From: Amoebophrya sp. A120
Lineage: Eukaryota > Protista > Dinoflagellata
Direction of reading: 5' to 3'
Assembly (NCBI GenBank): GCA_905178155.1
Contig: CAJINV010000010.1
Span: 1,926,636-1,990,635 of the forward strand
Length of the DNA stretch: 64,000 nt
The notes under the pieces are model-generated. The model was not told the origin of the DNA and did no database searches. It saw nothing but the letters and a program-made list of their open reading frames with translations. Positions 11,531 through 24,100 of this stretch are shown here, piece after piece. The position numbers and the translations under genes are program-made. Position 1 is the first letter of the stretch. The number at the start of each line of letters is the position of its first letter.

Positions 11531-13668
11531 TCACGACAACTGTCCACACATGGAGATCGTGACGGGTTCTGTGGTCGCGCCCGTTTCGGACCCCGTGTCG
11601 CGGTATGCATTGCAAATATGTCTGGGTCTGGAAGATTGCCAAATTTGTCATGCGCGTCTGACATGACTGGGACCTCTGTAGTCATGCGTTGGTGCAAAAA
11701 GATCATTTTGTCTGTCATGCAAAAGCGCAGTCTGCCATGCGGAATACGCTACACATAGCACCTCAAAAACTTGTCATGCTTGGCCACGTATGACAGTGCG
11801 CCCAGTATTCCCTGGTTTGCATCACAAGTTTCCAGACCCAGACATATTTGCAGTTGATACGCGGATGCTTTCCGCAACCTTCTTCGACTTTTCCAGCACC
11901 CGACCAAACACCACGTTTTTGCCGTCCAGCTCCGGAATCGCGCGGAAACAGATGAAAAACTGCGACCCGTTCGTATCCTTGCCGCTGTTCGTATCCACAG
12001 TAAATTTTTCGCACACGTACAAATGCAGTCTCTGCATGAGAAAACTTGCCCTTAGTCCTAGGCTAGCATGACAAGTTGGACACTGCAAGTTAGCGAGATT
12101 TGTCATGCATTTTGTACATGTACGGGAAATTTACATTGCATAATTCGCCATGGACAAGGCCAGATACTCGTGCTTCAGCTCGAAATTCTCGTCCTCGAAA
12201 AACTCCCCGTAAATCGACTCCCCGCTGATCCTATCAAGTGCAAAAGTATCGCGCTCGTACTAATTGCAATCATGCATGACAAATCTTTTTTCTTAGCGAA
12301 TCAGCATTACAAATTGCATTTTTCCTTGTTTTGGAAAAATTTGTATTGCGATTGATACTAGTGTGATACTTTTGCAATGCATAGATTCCAGTGCCCTCGA
12401 CGATGTCCCCCGCCTGGGCGAAAATTTTCGGGCACACCCGAAAGAACTTGTGGTCCAGGTAGTGCAACCCGACGTAGTACCCCCGGCTCAAACCTAGCTC
12501 GCCCGTTATGCAATGCAAAAGTATCGCGCTCGTAGTAATTAAAATTATTGCGATCACGCATGACAGATCGTGCTCCGAAGCGAAATCAGCATTACAAACT
12601 CCATTTTCGTTCTTGGAAAAATTTGTAATGCAATTTGTACATACCACGATACTTTTGCAATGCATACCTGTGCACAGACAGCGAAAATTTTCCGCGGTTT
12701 TCGGTGTCACCGTGGTGTTCAGTTCGATCTCCAACCTTCCCACCTCCCGGCTGCCGATGCGGATATATCAAATGCACATATGTCTGGGTCTGGAAGTAGA
12801 CCACCGCAGAAGTTTCTCATGCTGTTTTTCCGTGACCCGAAAGGTCTGGCATGCACGCCCTAGCATTACAGGTTCGAGAAGTTATCTCAAAGCCTAATCC
12901 GCATGAGAAATCCCCTGCTTCGGTGACACAAAGTGGGCAACTTTTGCCGTCCACGCATCACAGATTTTTGCGTCATTCAAAATGTGCATGACAAGTTTGC
13001 ATCCTGCTTCCAGACTGAGACATATTTGCAATGCATAGGATGTCAAGGAAAACGATCGGGTGGTCCGGATTGACTGGTTTGATTTCCCGCTTTTTCAAAA
13101 ACCCCTTGCGAAGCAGGAGTTGATTGGCGCTCTGCCGGCTGGAAGTCGTGCCTGTTCCGCCCGAAGCCGCGGCAGCGGACAAGTTTTGCGTTTGCTGGGC
13201 GGGATGAAGAATATTGGCCGCGGGTCGCGCAAGCTGTCCTGTACTAGATGATGAGCCGAACGAGAAGGCTGACGAGGTCGTGTTTGGAAAATTGTTGTTG
13301 GCATCTTCTTGTCGACCAAAAGAAGCTGAGGTTTGCGCTGAAAGAACACTTTGTGGTGGCTCCTGCGGCAGGTTCAGCTTCAGAGGCGGTATGTGCACAG
13401 CGCCGGCGGGCCGTAGTTTATTTGATGTGCCAGCCATCGTGCTGCCAGCAGGGGTCGTGCTCGATGACGGTATGTCTGCTGGTGCTCTGCGACCGGGGGC
13501 AGATGAAATCGCTTCACCTGCGGCTGCAATACTAGATTCTGGTCGTTGATCGACGTTGCGCGCGATCCCCTTGTTCAGAGTCTCGTCTGCATCTGCGGAT
13601 GATGGTCCAGCTTTCGCGCTTCCGTCGGCTGTCCGTGCGGAAGGCGCCGAGGACGCTGAGGGTAACAT
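11531..13668 (-). CDS. Cyclophilin-type peptidyl-prolyl isomerase with low-complexity N-terminal extension
   Basis: After removing 5 introners: [99 protein letters not shown]. Confidence 0.95.
11604..11859. mobile_element. Introner family B
   Basis: TSD cgcgg/cgcgg. Confidence 0.92.
11992..12142. mobile_element. Introner family C
   Basis: TATCCACAGTAAATTT...AAATTTACATTGCATA; TSD gttcg/attcg. Confidence 0.92.
12232..12383. mobile_element. Introner family A
   Basis: TSD gatcc/gattc. Confidence 0.92.
12507..12666. mobile_element. Introner family A
   Basis: TSD cccgt/cctgt. Confidence 0.92.
12766..13037. mobile_element. Introner family B
   Basis: TSD ggata/ggatg. Confidence 0.92.
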
Positions 13669-14398
13669 CTTGCTCGATGGATATATATCAACTACGACTC
13701 TTGGCTTTCCTAGTAAAAAGAAAGAGTCGATTTTCAAAAAATCGCCACGACGAGCTCGCTCTGGCTCGATTGAAGATAGAAGCGCGGCAGTGTCTCCAAA
13801 GTCGGTAAAGACGGAGCGACACGCGCCTGCTCTCACAAGCTAGCCAACTTCTCACTCTCTACGTGGCAGTTCCTGAGACATGTTTCTCTGGTAAACGCGA
13901 ATACGCAAAGGGCAAAGGCAAAGAAAAAATTACAAAATTATATTTACTCATTCGCGTTCTTTCCGTTTCCTTGATATTACAAATCCTCACACAGAATGGT
14001 GATGGTCAGAATCGTTACTACAGAATGCCAGGCCAAAGAGTACACAAGAGAACCTTTCCAACATTCTTGCGAGAAACAAAGACGGGGCACGCACGCGCTC
14101 CTTGATTGTGAAGCAGATGCAGTTTGGATCAGAGTTATTCTCTGTAGTGAAGGTAATGCTTAAGCAGGGCATGGGTTGCGTCGCGTGCTCGTGGTAAGGG
14201 AAATTGACGTAGCCTGAGTAGCTCAACAACGTACAGAGAACCGCTCCAGCATCACCTCCAATCCTGCTCGCGCACGCTGTGCTGCAGCCATTGGGCCTAC
14301 TGGTGAAATCTATGCCCGACCACGACCTGCGTGCTCATATTTTTCTACTCGAAACTCAAGTTACGTACAGGCACTTGAATTAGAGGCATAAACAATAA

Positions 14399-15039
14399 GA
14401 ACGGGGTCACAAAATGTCCGACTAAGTCCTCGGGGGACCTGCGACCCACCCAGCCGGGTGGGCCTTAGGTCCCCTGTCCCAGTATAGAACTAAGTTACGA
14501 ATCCGCCACAGCTCGCGTCCGCCCGTTCCAGTTTTCTGGCCGTTCTTTTTTGTGGGTGTCAATCTGTGACGCAGTAGCTTATGTATTATTGTATTTGTGC
14601 ACTGCACTAATCCAAGAAAAAGGATTTGCGCACTGCACTCATCCAAGAAAAAAGCTTTGCTGTGGGTTAAATCTGTGATGTAGAAAATGCAAAGCTGTTT
14701 TTACGCAAAAGGGGCCCGTGATGCGGAAAGTGCAAAAGTGTTTCTGCAGTTTCCTGTGAAACAGTTTTGCATTTTCTGCATCACAGATTTACACCCACCA
14801 AATAAGCTCTTTTCTTGGATAAGTGCCGACAAATGGAGGCACAAGTACAATAGTGCAAGACTCTAGTACAGATTTACACCCACAAAAACGAACGGCGAGA
14901 AAACAATATGGGCGGACGCGAGCTGTGGCAGAGTCATAGTTAGATAACCTGATTATTGGGACAGGGGACCTAAGGCCCACCCAGCTGGGTGGGTCGCAGG
15001 TCCCCCGAGGACTTAATCGGACATTTTGTGACCCCGTTC
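14399..15039. mobile_element. MITE, PIF/Harbinger (Tourist)-like
   Basis: Long imperfect TIR GAACGGGGTCACAAAATGTCCGA...TCGGACATTTTGTGACCCCGTTC; TAA on both sides. Confidence 0.88.
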
Positions 15040-15330
15040 TAATATCTCGATGGTGGCAACACCAAGGGTCGCGTCGTCGATGAGTACAAGTGGATTCCGG
15101 AACTTCAAGTTCAAAGAAATGAGTCAGTACATTATAGGAAATAGTTACAAATATGTGCATATCTGCCTCTTGTATAATATACGAATTCTTTGTACACTAC
15201 AACGTCACCGACATTTTTCAGAAGTGGAAATTTATCTATCCTATGTCCTTGCGCTGAAATCTTCCATTTTGTCTGCAAGAAGAGTGTGCTCGTGCTGCTA
15301 CCGTTAGCACTACCATGCATGGATCACAAT

Positions 15331-17727
15331 TTATGAAAAAATATTTATATTATCCTCACGAGTTGTTCTTGTTGGTGGCAATTCTTTTGTCAAGGACACC
15401 GTTTTTTTTTTGCTATTTCTCTCAGATCTGATCCGCCCTCGGTCCCAACTGCCTTCTGTCGTCGGGCCTCTATGGCAACAGGCTTTGACGGAGCACGTCC
15501 CGGTCGTCTGCAGCACCTGATAGGTATGCACATAAGTGTCATGTATATGCTGCGTCGTGGGCTCGAAGTGTAAATTCTTTGTTTGGCAAAGAATTCCATT
15601 GTACAAAAACACAATCAAACAAAACCTAGGCTAAGCTAAAGCTTCTCGACAGAATACAAGTTAGTATAACCGCCCAAAATCTGCCGCATCAGAAAACCAA
15701 CCAGATAAGTACGTTCCTCCACATAGATGCCGTCGGTCGTGTCGTCGAACGCTTCTTGGCGACGAAGAGCTTCTTCGACTCTTTGTTGTGCACCCGGCGG
15801 CAGGTTTTCGGCCTCCAGTCGCGCGACTCTGGCTCGGAACTGGTTGTCAGTTTCACCATCCAACTTCGCTATACAAGTTAGCTGACCAAATGCTTTTAGT
15901 ACTGGAACGAACCAAGGAAACATGCATACGCTACGAAGTCAAGGAAGTTGAGGTTGAGCTTGCTTGTCGGGCCCCTTTTCGCTCAACACAGAATCCAAAT
16001 AAGGTACGTATCTTCATCGTCTTGTGATTCATATTTTTTCTGCGAATTAGCGAAAAGGGGAGCCCCCGCCCATGTCCAGAAATAAAGAATAGATTAACTC
16101 ACGCAACTTGCCCTAACTGATTCTCGCTCTGTTGCGATTCAATATATTTGCATCCATGTCCCCTGGCTCTCGTACTTCAATATATACAAAACTGATTTGG
16201 GTCATACGTTGGTAAAAGGGCTGCACTTCATCTGATCGTCCACCGCGGCCCGCAAATCGTGCCTGCAATATAATGAAAGAACACTGCAAAATAAAAAAAA
16301 TCGCTGCAGCTCGCACGAGCAGCGTTGCATCTTCCCACTGTATTGCTTACATTTATATACAGGCACTCGCACTATTTGTATTTCATGCGGTGCTGCCTCA
16401 ACTGTATTTACTGTACGTAGTCATAGAATACCGCTCTGTCCCGGAGCCCGGCGAGGCGACTCTGGGCCCGGGCTGGTTCGCCGGCCGGTTGCGCTGCATT
16501 GTCTGCATGTCCTTGGTCCGGTGCTACTTGACTTCCTCGCGGTCCTCGGCCGCGAAACTGCAAGATTATTTCGAGGCAAACTCAAAAAATTGTTTATTTC
16601 AGCTTGCGTGTATAGCTTATCGTGCACTGTACTGCATCAACATGTGTAGTTTTTCATGATGCACTGTCGCACCAATTTCATTTTTAGTGTAGGCTGTACT
16701 AGATCAAATACCGGCAACCGCGGCCACGCCGGCCTTTGCTCTACGAAAGATCCATCGGGATGAACTTCCTCCGAGTAGTACTCCTCGTCCTGGTCATCGT
16801 CCGTGGTCTTCGCGATATTTTTCTTGTGCCTGAAAGAGACAGGAGGAGCAATAAAAAACAAAATTGTCGCTACTTCATGACTCTTGATGCCTCAAGTAGT
16901 GGTAGTCAAGTGCCATGCATGTCGATCGGGTTTGACTTCGACATAAAGTCTTTCGTATGTATTTTCGTTTCGTGAAAATAGTACTTACATGCGATAATCT
17001 TGATCATGATCGACATTTCACATCACTTATTGTCATTGTAGTTATTTCATCGTACTACGACCTCTACCCATATTAACACTTACTTTTACAGCCGGGTGAC
17101 AACTCATCCAAGACCTGCGCTACCTCTTCAGATTCCAACTATCACAGTCCATCTATCAGTTGAAGCTAAGTTATCCGTGAATACTTGTGGTTTTTCCCGG
17201 TCTTTCCATCGACTTTCCCCAAAGTGTGCGGTTCTTTCGGTTGGTATCGAGAGAAAAGTGTGTAGCTTTAAGCACCGAGAAGCCGATTCATTTTTGGCCG
17301 TGAAGCCACAGAGCTGTGGAGAAGAAGTGCCATAGAGGTGCGCTGTCGTGTCTATGCAAGGCCATTCATGCTCAGAATCTTAGGAACAAAATGAAGCCAC
17401 GACGCACCTCCACCTTTGCGCCGTCTGCTATACAAACTTTGATGATGATGCTGATGCAGAATGGTTCTTTTCGTGCTAGAGCACTAGCATGGTACACAGC
17501 TTTATCTTTCTTTTTCTCTTGATAATTTTTCGTCCTTGTCCAGCACAATAGCCACGACGCCGACTGCAAACACGATCGTCCAGCAAATCCACCCCAGCAC
17601 AGTAAAAAAACCCACCGCCATCTTGATTCCCTACTGTGCTACAAGCATACTCCGCGGGAAGATCCTGCACGACCTGTTCGTCCTGTTGTAATACTATAGC
17701 AAAAGATACGCCATAGAATCGAAGCAC
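15331..17727 (-). CDS. Putative multi-exon gene with short GT-AG introns, unknown product; ends uncertain
   Basis: GC-richer open blocks (about 16710-16830, 16430-16557, 16208-16262, 15715-15880) bounded by AG/GT on the minus strand; no recognisable domain. Confidence 0.4.
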
Positions 17728-18601
17728 TTAAACTTTGGCAAAACTAAAACTCCATCATCTTTCGACATGCATTTTATTGATTCATTTGAACAAGTAATTG
17801 ACGCCTGCTCCACAACCACACAACTTTTTCGATGAAGAATTCGAAGTCAAACTGGATGACGAGCGATACGAATTTGATGCGACTGTGAGCGATGCTTTTG
17901 AGGAGCTGGTAGTAAGTTTGCCGCTCTTTAGTCATCCCTACCGATCATGAATGAGAACTCGTCCTACTAGGTCCCTGCTACGATATGAATGCTGTGCCCT
18001 GGATTTCCCTTGTTACGAGCGCCGCCACGCTTGCCCCTGCGATTCCCTCATGACAAAGGCAACGACGAGGATCAGGTAATTCCAACCGACGTCACAATCT
18101 GAAATTCTTCTACTTAGAATTAGAAAGATAGTCGACGTAATACTGAAATATAATTTTGCCTCGAAATTGTAGATGAGGCCCCTGCGCTTGTCCATGCGCT
18201 AGTGTGTGGCACTCCAGGTAACAGTTGTATTCAGAGCGCTCTATTCTTAGCTGATCTTCAGATGTAACGGCTATTCTTCAATAGACGTCAAGGGGAACAG
18301 CAACGCGCCTGGGATTTGAATTTCTCGGACTTTGTGGTCATGGACCTGTAGTCCGCGACAGTAAATAGTACTTTCTTACAGTGCGAGCACTCAAGTTCGA
18401 TCGTCTCAAGCAGATGAAGGTGCAGAATACAAATCCAGCAGTTGGTGCAGTAAGGGAAACAGAACACAGACATACTGGATTGTGTGCGCATGCGCTTTTC
18501 TTTTCATCATCTCAAACTCTGTTCGCGAATTCTCTCCAGCCATTGCGCTCTCCGACCCCACGAAGTTATCACTATGAAAATTATCCACTTTGTGCCCTGA
18601 C

Positions 18602-20333
18602 CTAGAAGCAGACCGACCGCAATTCTTGCTGATGCCGCACTTGCGTGAAGATGCACCCTCGTCCGCCAGCACGCTTGCAGAAAGAAAAAAAGCTGCAGCA
18701 CAAGTCTGCATGCGTGAGATAGTCATCGCTGCTCTTGGTGATAGTACAACGGTGGTCATAGCCGCATTTTGGTATTGAGATGAGTTGAAGATTGAGGCTG
18801 GCCTTTGAGCAAGGCAAGCGCAAAGTGGAAACAATTCCCCCTCCGATAGATTCCGGACACTCGTCATCCGGTAAATTTACCGCGTCTTCCGGCACAATTC
18901 GCCACATCGTGTAGGCTATGCATTGCAAAAGCCTATGTTATCGTACTAGTAGTACGACAGAAGCCTGACGAATTTTTCCCAAAAAAAAGAAAACAACTTT
19001 CAGTATGCAGAATACGGTCAAAAACAAAAAGCAATGATATGTCATCGCAAGACCTGCATTATTTGTACGACTACAATAGTACTTTTGCACAGCCTATAGT
19101 CCCCGCACCGCTGGTGACAGGCCCAGGAGGTGTTGCCAAATTTCTCCACCTTGTCTTGGTATTTCCACATGGGGTGCGGGATTCGCTGAATCATATGGCA
19201 CCGGGAGCACTCGTAGCGAAAGGTCATCCTCCGTCCCACGTGGCACTGCTCGCAAAATGTATGCTGTGCAAAAAGTATCGCACTCGTGGTTGTAATTGCT
19301 GTTATGCATGACAAATCTCTTTCCCAAACTAAAACAGCATTACAAATTTCATTTGTAATGCTAAGTCAATTTGTAATGCAATTCATCCTAGTACGATGCT
19401 TTTGCAATGCATAAAATGGCGGCTCATACAGTTCGCGCATCTGCCGGCACATCTGGCACTGTTGCTTCGGCGGCTTCACGTTGATCTCGATTACCACGTC
19501 GAGAAGAGCGGGGTCACAGGACTCGATGTTGGGGGAGGTATTTCTACTTGACGGCGTCGACGCGGCCTCCTCCTGTACTGTCGGCGCTGCGCTTGTTCTA
19601 CCGGCCATGCCCTGCTTCGCCGATACAACGTCACAAATACCAGTTTGTGCCTCCTTCACGACGAATTTCAGCTTAAACCTCTTCCTGCACGTTGGACATT
19701 TCCCCAACTGGTTCCTCGTATCTGTTGCGCAGATGACGTAGAGACATTTGGAGCAGTAGACCATTCCGGAATTGTTAGTCTGAGTCACCTGCTCGCTTCG
19801 GCTTCCATCTGCATCTTGATCTTGTCTGGTCGCAGCTGCACCTGGTCCCGATGTCGAGGAGGAAGATCTAGCAGCATTTGCATTTCCCGACGTGTGCTGG
19901 TTCCCTGCTTGCTCCTGCTGCTGTTTCGGCGCACAGCAGGGCATTGGGAACCCTTTGATGTCATCGCGATAGCAGATCAGACACTCATCCGACCCGGGAA
20001 TGAGGGGAGCGGTTTTTGGCAAATATATCGCAAGAAAAAAGTGTTACAGTTACACACTGTGTTGCACGACCGGCAACACAGACAACCTTTCTCATGCAGG
20101 AAACGCTTGGGAGCATCGTTTCCTTCCTGTTTTCCCTTATGATCTTCGCATTACAAGTTTTTCGGCCACGCAGAGAAAATTTGTGATGCAGAAACTCCAA
20201 CAAATGTGTAACTGTAACACTTTTTTCTCGTGATAAAATATGATTCTTGTGCACTTTCCGCTGCTGCAGTCCTCTCTTGGTCCGCCTGATTGACCAGCTG
20301 CTGGAGCTGTGTGCGCTCGTTCACGTTGCCCAT
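18602..20333 (-). CDS. RING-like zinc finger protein with additional Cys-rich C-terminal domain; 3' end uncertain
   Basis: CLIC..PCC..CSKC..CPTCRK, then CQMC..CEQC..CSRC..IPHPMWKYQ..WACHQRCGDYTMWRI after removing 3 introners. Confidence 0.8.
18917..19096. mobile_element. Introner family A (right end CTA)
   Basis: TSD taggc/tagtc. Confidence 0.85.
19260..19413. mobile_element. Introner family A
   Basis: TSD aaatg/aaatg. Confidence 0.92.
20026..20235. mobile_element. Introner, single-copy TIR family I
   Basis: TIR TATCGCAAGAAAAAAGTGTTACAGTTACACA; TSD aaata/aaata. Confidence 0.92.
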
Positions 20334-21165
20334 TTTGATTTCCGGCTTGTTTAGTGCGCAGCAATGATAAATTACTTTGAATGTTCACAGGATATTAAGA
20401 GACACGACCTAAAGAAAGATACATGCAGGGTTTTTATTCAGAGCGGGTAGATAGAAGAGACGAAACTCAAGAAGGTTTGGAACGAGGTACTTTACTGGTT
20501 GAAGTTTAATACAGTGTGTATTTCTCTTATCCTGGTTGCAGAGCCTCATCAAAGGCGATAGTCAGGTGCGTATTTGTTTTCATTGACTGACACGGACGTG
20601 CTGGCTGGGGAGTGGTGGACACTGCTCCTATTTGCATTTGCTCACCTACTTACCACCTTTTCCTCGGAGGTCCAAATCAATGCGAAGACGAAGAGACGCT
20701 GAGCGCGAGTCCGACCGAAAAAAAGTAGCATTTTCTTATGTATCTAGCAAACCGAATCGAATGCCGACTCATAACAATGATGTACCCAACAACTGTGGGG
20801 TCGCGAATAACCATTTTCTTTCGCAAGTGCAAGTCGTGAAGATGATGTCGCAGAGATTCTAATCTCATTTTCATCTCGATGGTTTGTCTACCGAACAAAC
20901 GAAAAAATTCGTGTGCGTTGATACGCAGATGTTGCAAGAAGATGTAGACGTCGACTCGTGCGAATTACTAATCATACTGTGCGACCTAGACGAGTGCCTA
21001 GTCATAAATACTTCCACACTGGTCGAAGACTTTCTGTTTGGTTCTCTACCTCCTTCATCTTTGTCTTTCCGCCGCGCAGGGCGAAAGCATCTTGATTGAA
21101 ATCCTTCTAATTATTCCAAAAATTTTTCCTTCCCGATTTTCGCCTTCACATGCTGGCCCGCCCGA

Positions 21166-24100
21166 CTACTGCTGCTGCTTTCCAGAATGGGTTTCTGGTC
21201 TGGATCTTGTTTTATCAAATGCAAAAATGTCTGGGTCTGGGAGATTGCGAGATTTGTCATGCATTTTTTGCATGACCCGTGAGGTCTGTGATGCAGGTCC
21301 TAGCATCACAGATTTTTTGAGACCTTCTTGATGCTTATCGCGCATGAGAAATGCCCTCTCCGCGTGCCAAGAACGGGACTCCTCTCGCTGATCATGCAAC
21401 ACAGATACTTTTAGAGTCCGCAGACAGCATTACAAGTTCCGCTCTTCCAGACCCAGACATATTTGCAATTCATATGTTTCCTCCCTCCAGAGCTTCTGCC
21501 TATCGTCTGCCCTTGTCCACCAGCATGATTTTTACCCCCTGCTGCTATTGGGGTGCCGTGGAGATTATGAATTGCAAAAGTTAAAGTATCGTGCTAGGTA
21601 GTAACTGCATATACAAATTCGCTCAGCGTGGCAAATGGAACAATTTGTCATGCTGATTTACCTTGGGAACGGGATTCGTAATGCATGACTGCAATTGCTA
21701 CTACGATTCTTTTGCATTGGATAGAGATGATCTTCGTCGTCCTCATCCTCGTCCACCGCGACGTCCTCTAGCTCAATCTCCTCGTTCGTCAACCCAAATT
21801 CCTGCTCGAATGCTTCATTCTTCGCCGAGAAGTGGTCCTGAATCTGGTTATGACAGTGCACAACTCTCCCCCCCTGCTCATTTGTCATGCAAAGTGCCCA
21901 ATCCAGGCTGTGCCTCATAGCACTTTTTGCATGACAAGTTCTGCCAGCCCAAATAGCGCTACAATCCTGCGCAAATTTGTCATACAAAACCTGCATTCAT
22001 CTCGCTGGCCTAATATTTGTATTGCCATTCATGCTTAGACAAATCATGGGGAGCAGGGGGAGTAGTTGTGCACTGTCATACTGGTTCCCAAACGTGTACA
22101 ACGCGATCCCGGCAAGGCTCAGTCCTATGAATTGCAAAAGTACCAGTCGTATAAATGCATCACAAATTTTCTCAGCATGAGAGATAAAATTTCTAATGCG
22201 GATTTACCCTAAGAAAAAGATTTGTGACGCTGCACGACTGCAATTACTACGAGCACGATACTTTTGCAGTCCATAAGTCCGAACCCGCACCAACTTGAGA
22301 ACGCCACCGGGGTGGGGTGCGAGAACCGAGACAGGATTGTGGTCGTCAACTTGTACATATCCTGTGCAAAAGTATCGTACTCGTACAAATGCAAGTCTTG
22401 CATTAGAGCGCGGTAACAATTAAATCAACTAACTCGGATCTCCGAGTTAGTCGTCCGGCCGTCCGAATCCGGGCGGCCGGACGACTAGCTCGGGACTGTA
22501 ACTGCAAAAGCTTTGCGGGCGGCCGAGACTGGTCGCCACGCACGAGCTTCCTAGCCAGGTAAGGGTAACTCGTGGCGACCACTAGCTAGCAGGCAACTCG
22601 CGCAGTCGGTGACTGCCGGAATTCCCTATGCGGATTTGTGCTTTTGTGCATGCTATTTGTGCTCTTAGGGTCTTTTTTGAAAATCGCCGGGGCAACGTTT
22701 TCGCTTTCTTTGCAACGCAGGCGATGCCTGTTTTGTCATGGCGAAATATTCCCTGCCGTGAAGCTAACATTTTTTATGAAGCACAACAATTTTGCATGCT
22801 GTCCGACTCCGACGGAAGCGCGTTTTTTAATGAAAGCGCAAAAATTATGCACAAAACCGCACGAATTGCATATGTTGCCAGGACGTTTTCAAAGCACGCC
22901 TCTGATCGAAGTCGTCGGCTCCGGCGTCGCTATACAGAAAAACTTTCCCACTTACAATCCCGAGTTAGTCGTCCGGCCGCCCGGATTCGGACGGCCGGAC
23001 CACTAACTCGGAGATCCGAGTTAGTTGATTTAATTGTTACCGCGCTCTTACAAAACTTGTTTCGAAGGCAAGTCTGCATTACAAATTTTCTCTTTCATGC
23101 TGAGGAAATTTGTGATGCGTTTATACGAGTACGATACTTTTGCAGTTCATAGTACAGAATATTCGCCACCTGGACCGTTGCGGCGTTGACGGCTTGGTTC
23201 AGGTAGAAGTTGAAGGTGCCCATGCCAAATCCGAAAATCGTGGAGAGAAAGAGACACGTCCAGAGCACCGTCGTCATGTCGTTTTGAAAGGCCTGGAACA
23301 GCGGGGGAACAAGTACAGAAGCGCCGTCTGGGGATGAGCTTGAACTGCCCTGCAGCGCTGAGGAAAATTGCTGCTCTTGCAGAAAAGCCGTCGTTGGCAA
23401 CTGCGTGAGGCTAGTAGTAGTTCCCCCTTGCTGTGTGGCTGTGTTTGATGATATCAGTGCGGCCTGTGAAGAGGAGCTACTGGATGAACTTGCGAGATTT
23501 CCACCTTGTAGCGACGTCGAGAGACCAGCTGTAGGAGACGTTATTGGTCCACCACTGAGGAGCAGGGTTTGATGCGTGGAAGATGTTAGTGCAGCTGCGT
23601 CGTACAAAAATGGTCTTCGACAAAACTGACACTCACAGTTGAGCCGATTCAGAATCATTCATGCGGAAACACGTGGAAATGATAATGAATATATGTCTCA
23701 ATCATTCATGCGTAACGTGAAAACGACGAACTAATTTACTTGACAATATTCAGCCTCGACTGTGAAGTCAGGTTTTTGCAGAAGTGATACGCTACTGCTT
23801 CCGGGTTGCTGCAGAAGATGTCTCACGCCCGCCAACACAGTCGGTAAAAGTTGTGAATGTGATGGTGCACTCATCATACTAGAAGATGAAGTTGGAGATG
23901 TGCCTGCAGAGAGGTCGGACGAGAGCCGGAATTCATTATCCCCAAACGACGACAAGAAACCGTCGTCAAAAAACCCAGTCTGGTCCAACTCGAAGAGCTG
24001 CCGCAAGTTTTTGTGTCCACCAGCTGCTGTGCCGTCTGCTTTTGATTTTGGGGTGTTTGTCTTGTACAGTTCGAATAGCAAGATGAGGACGATGTTTACC

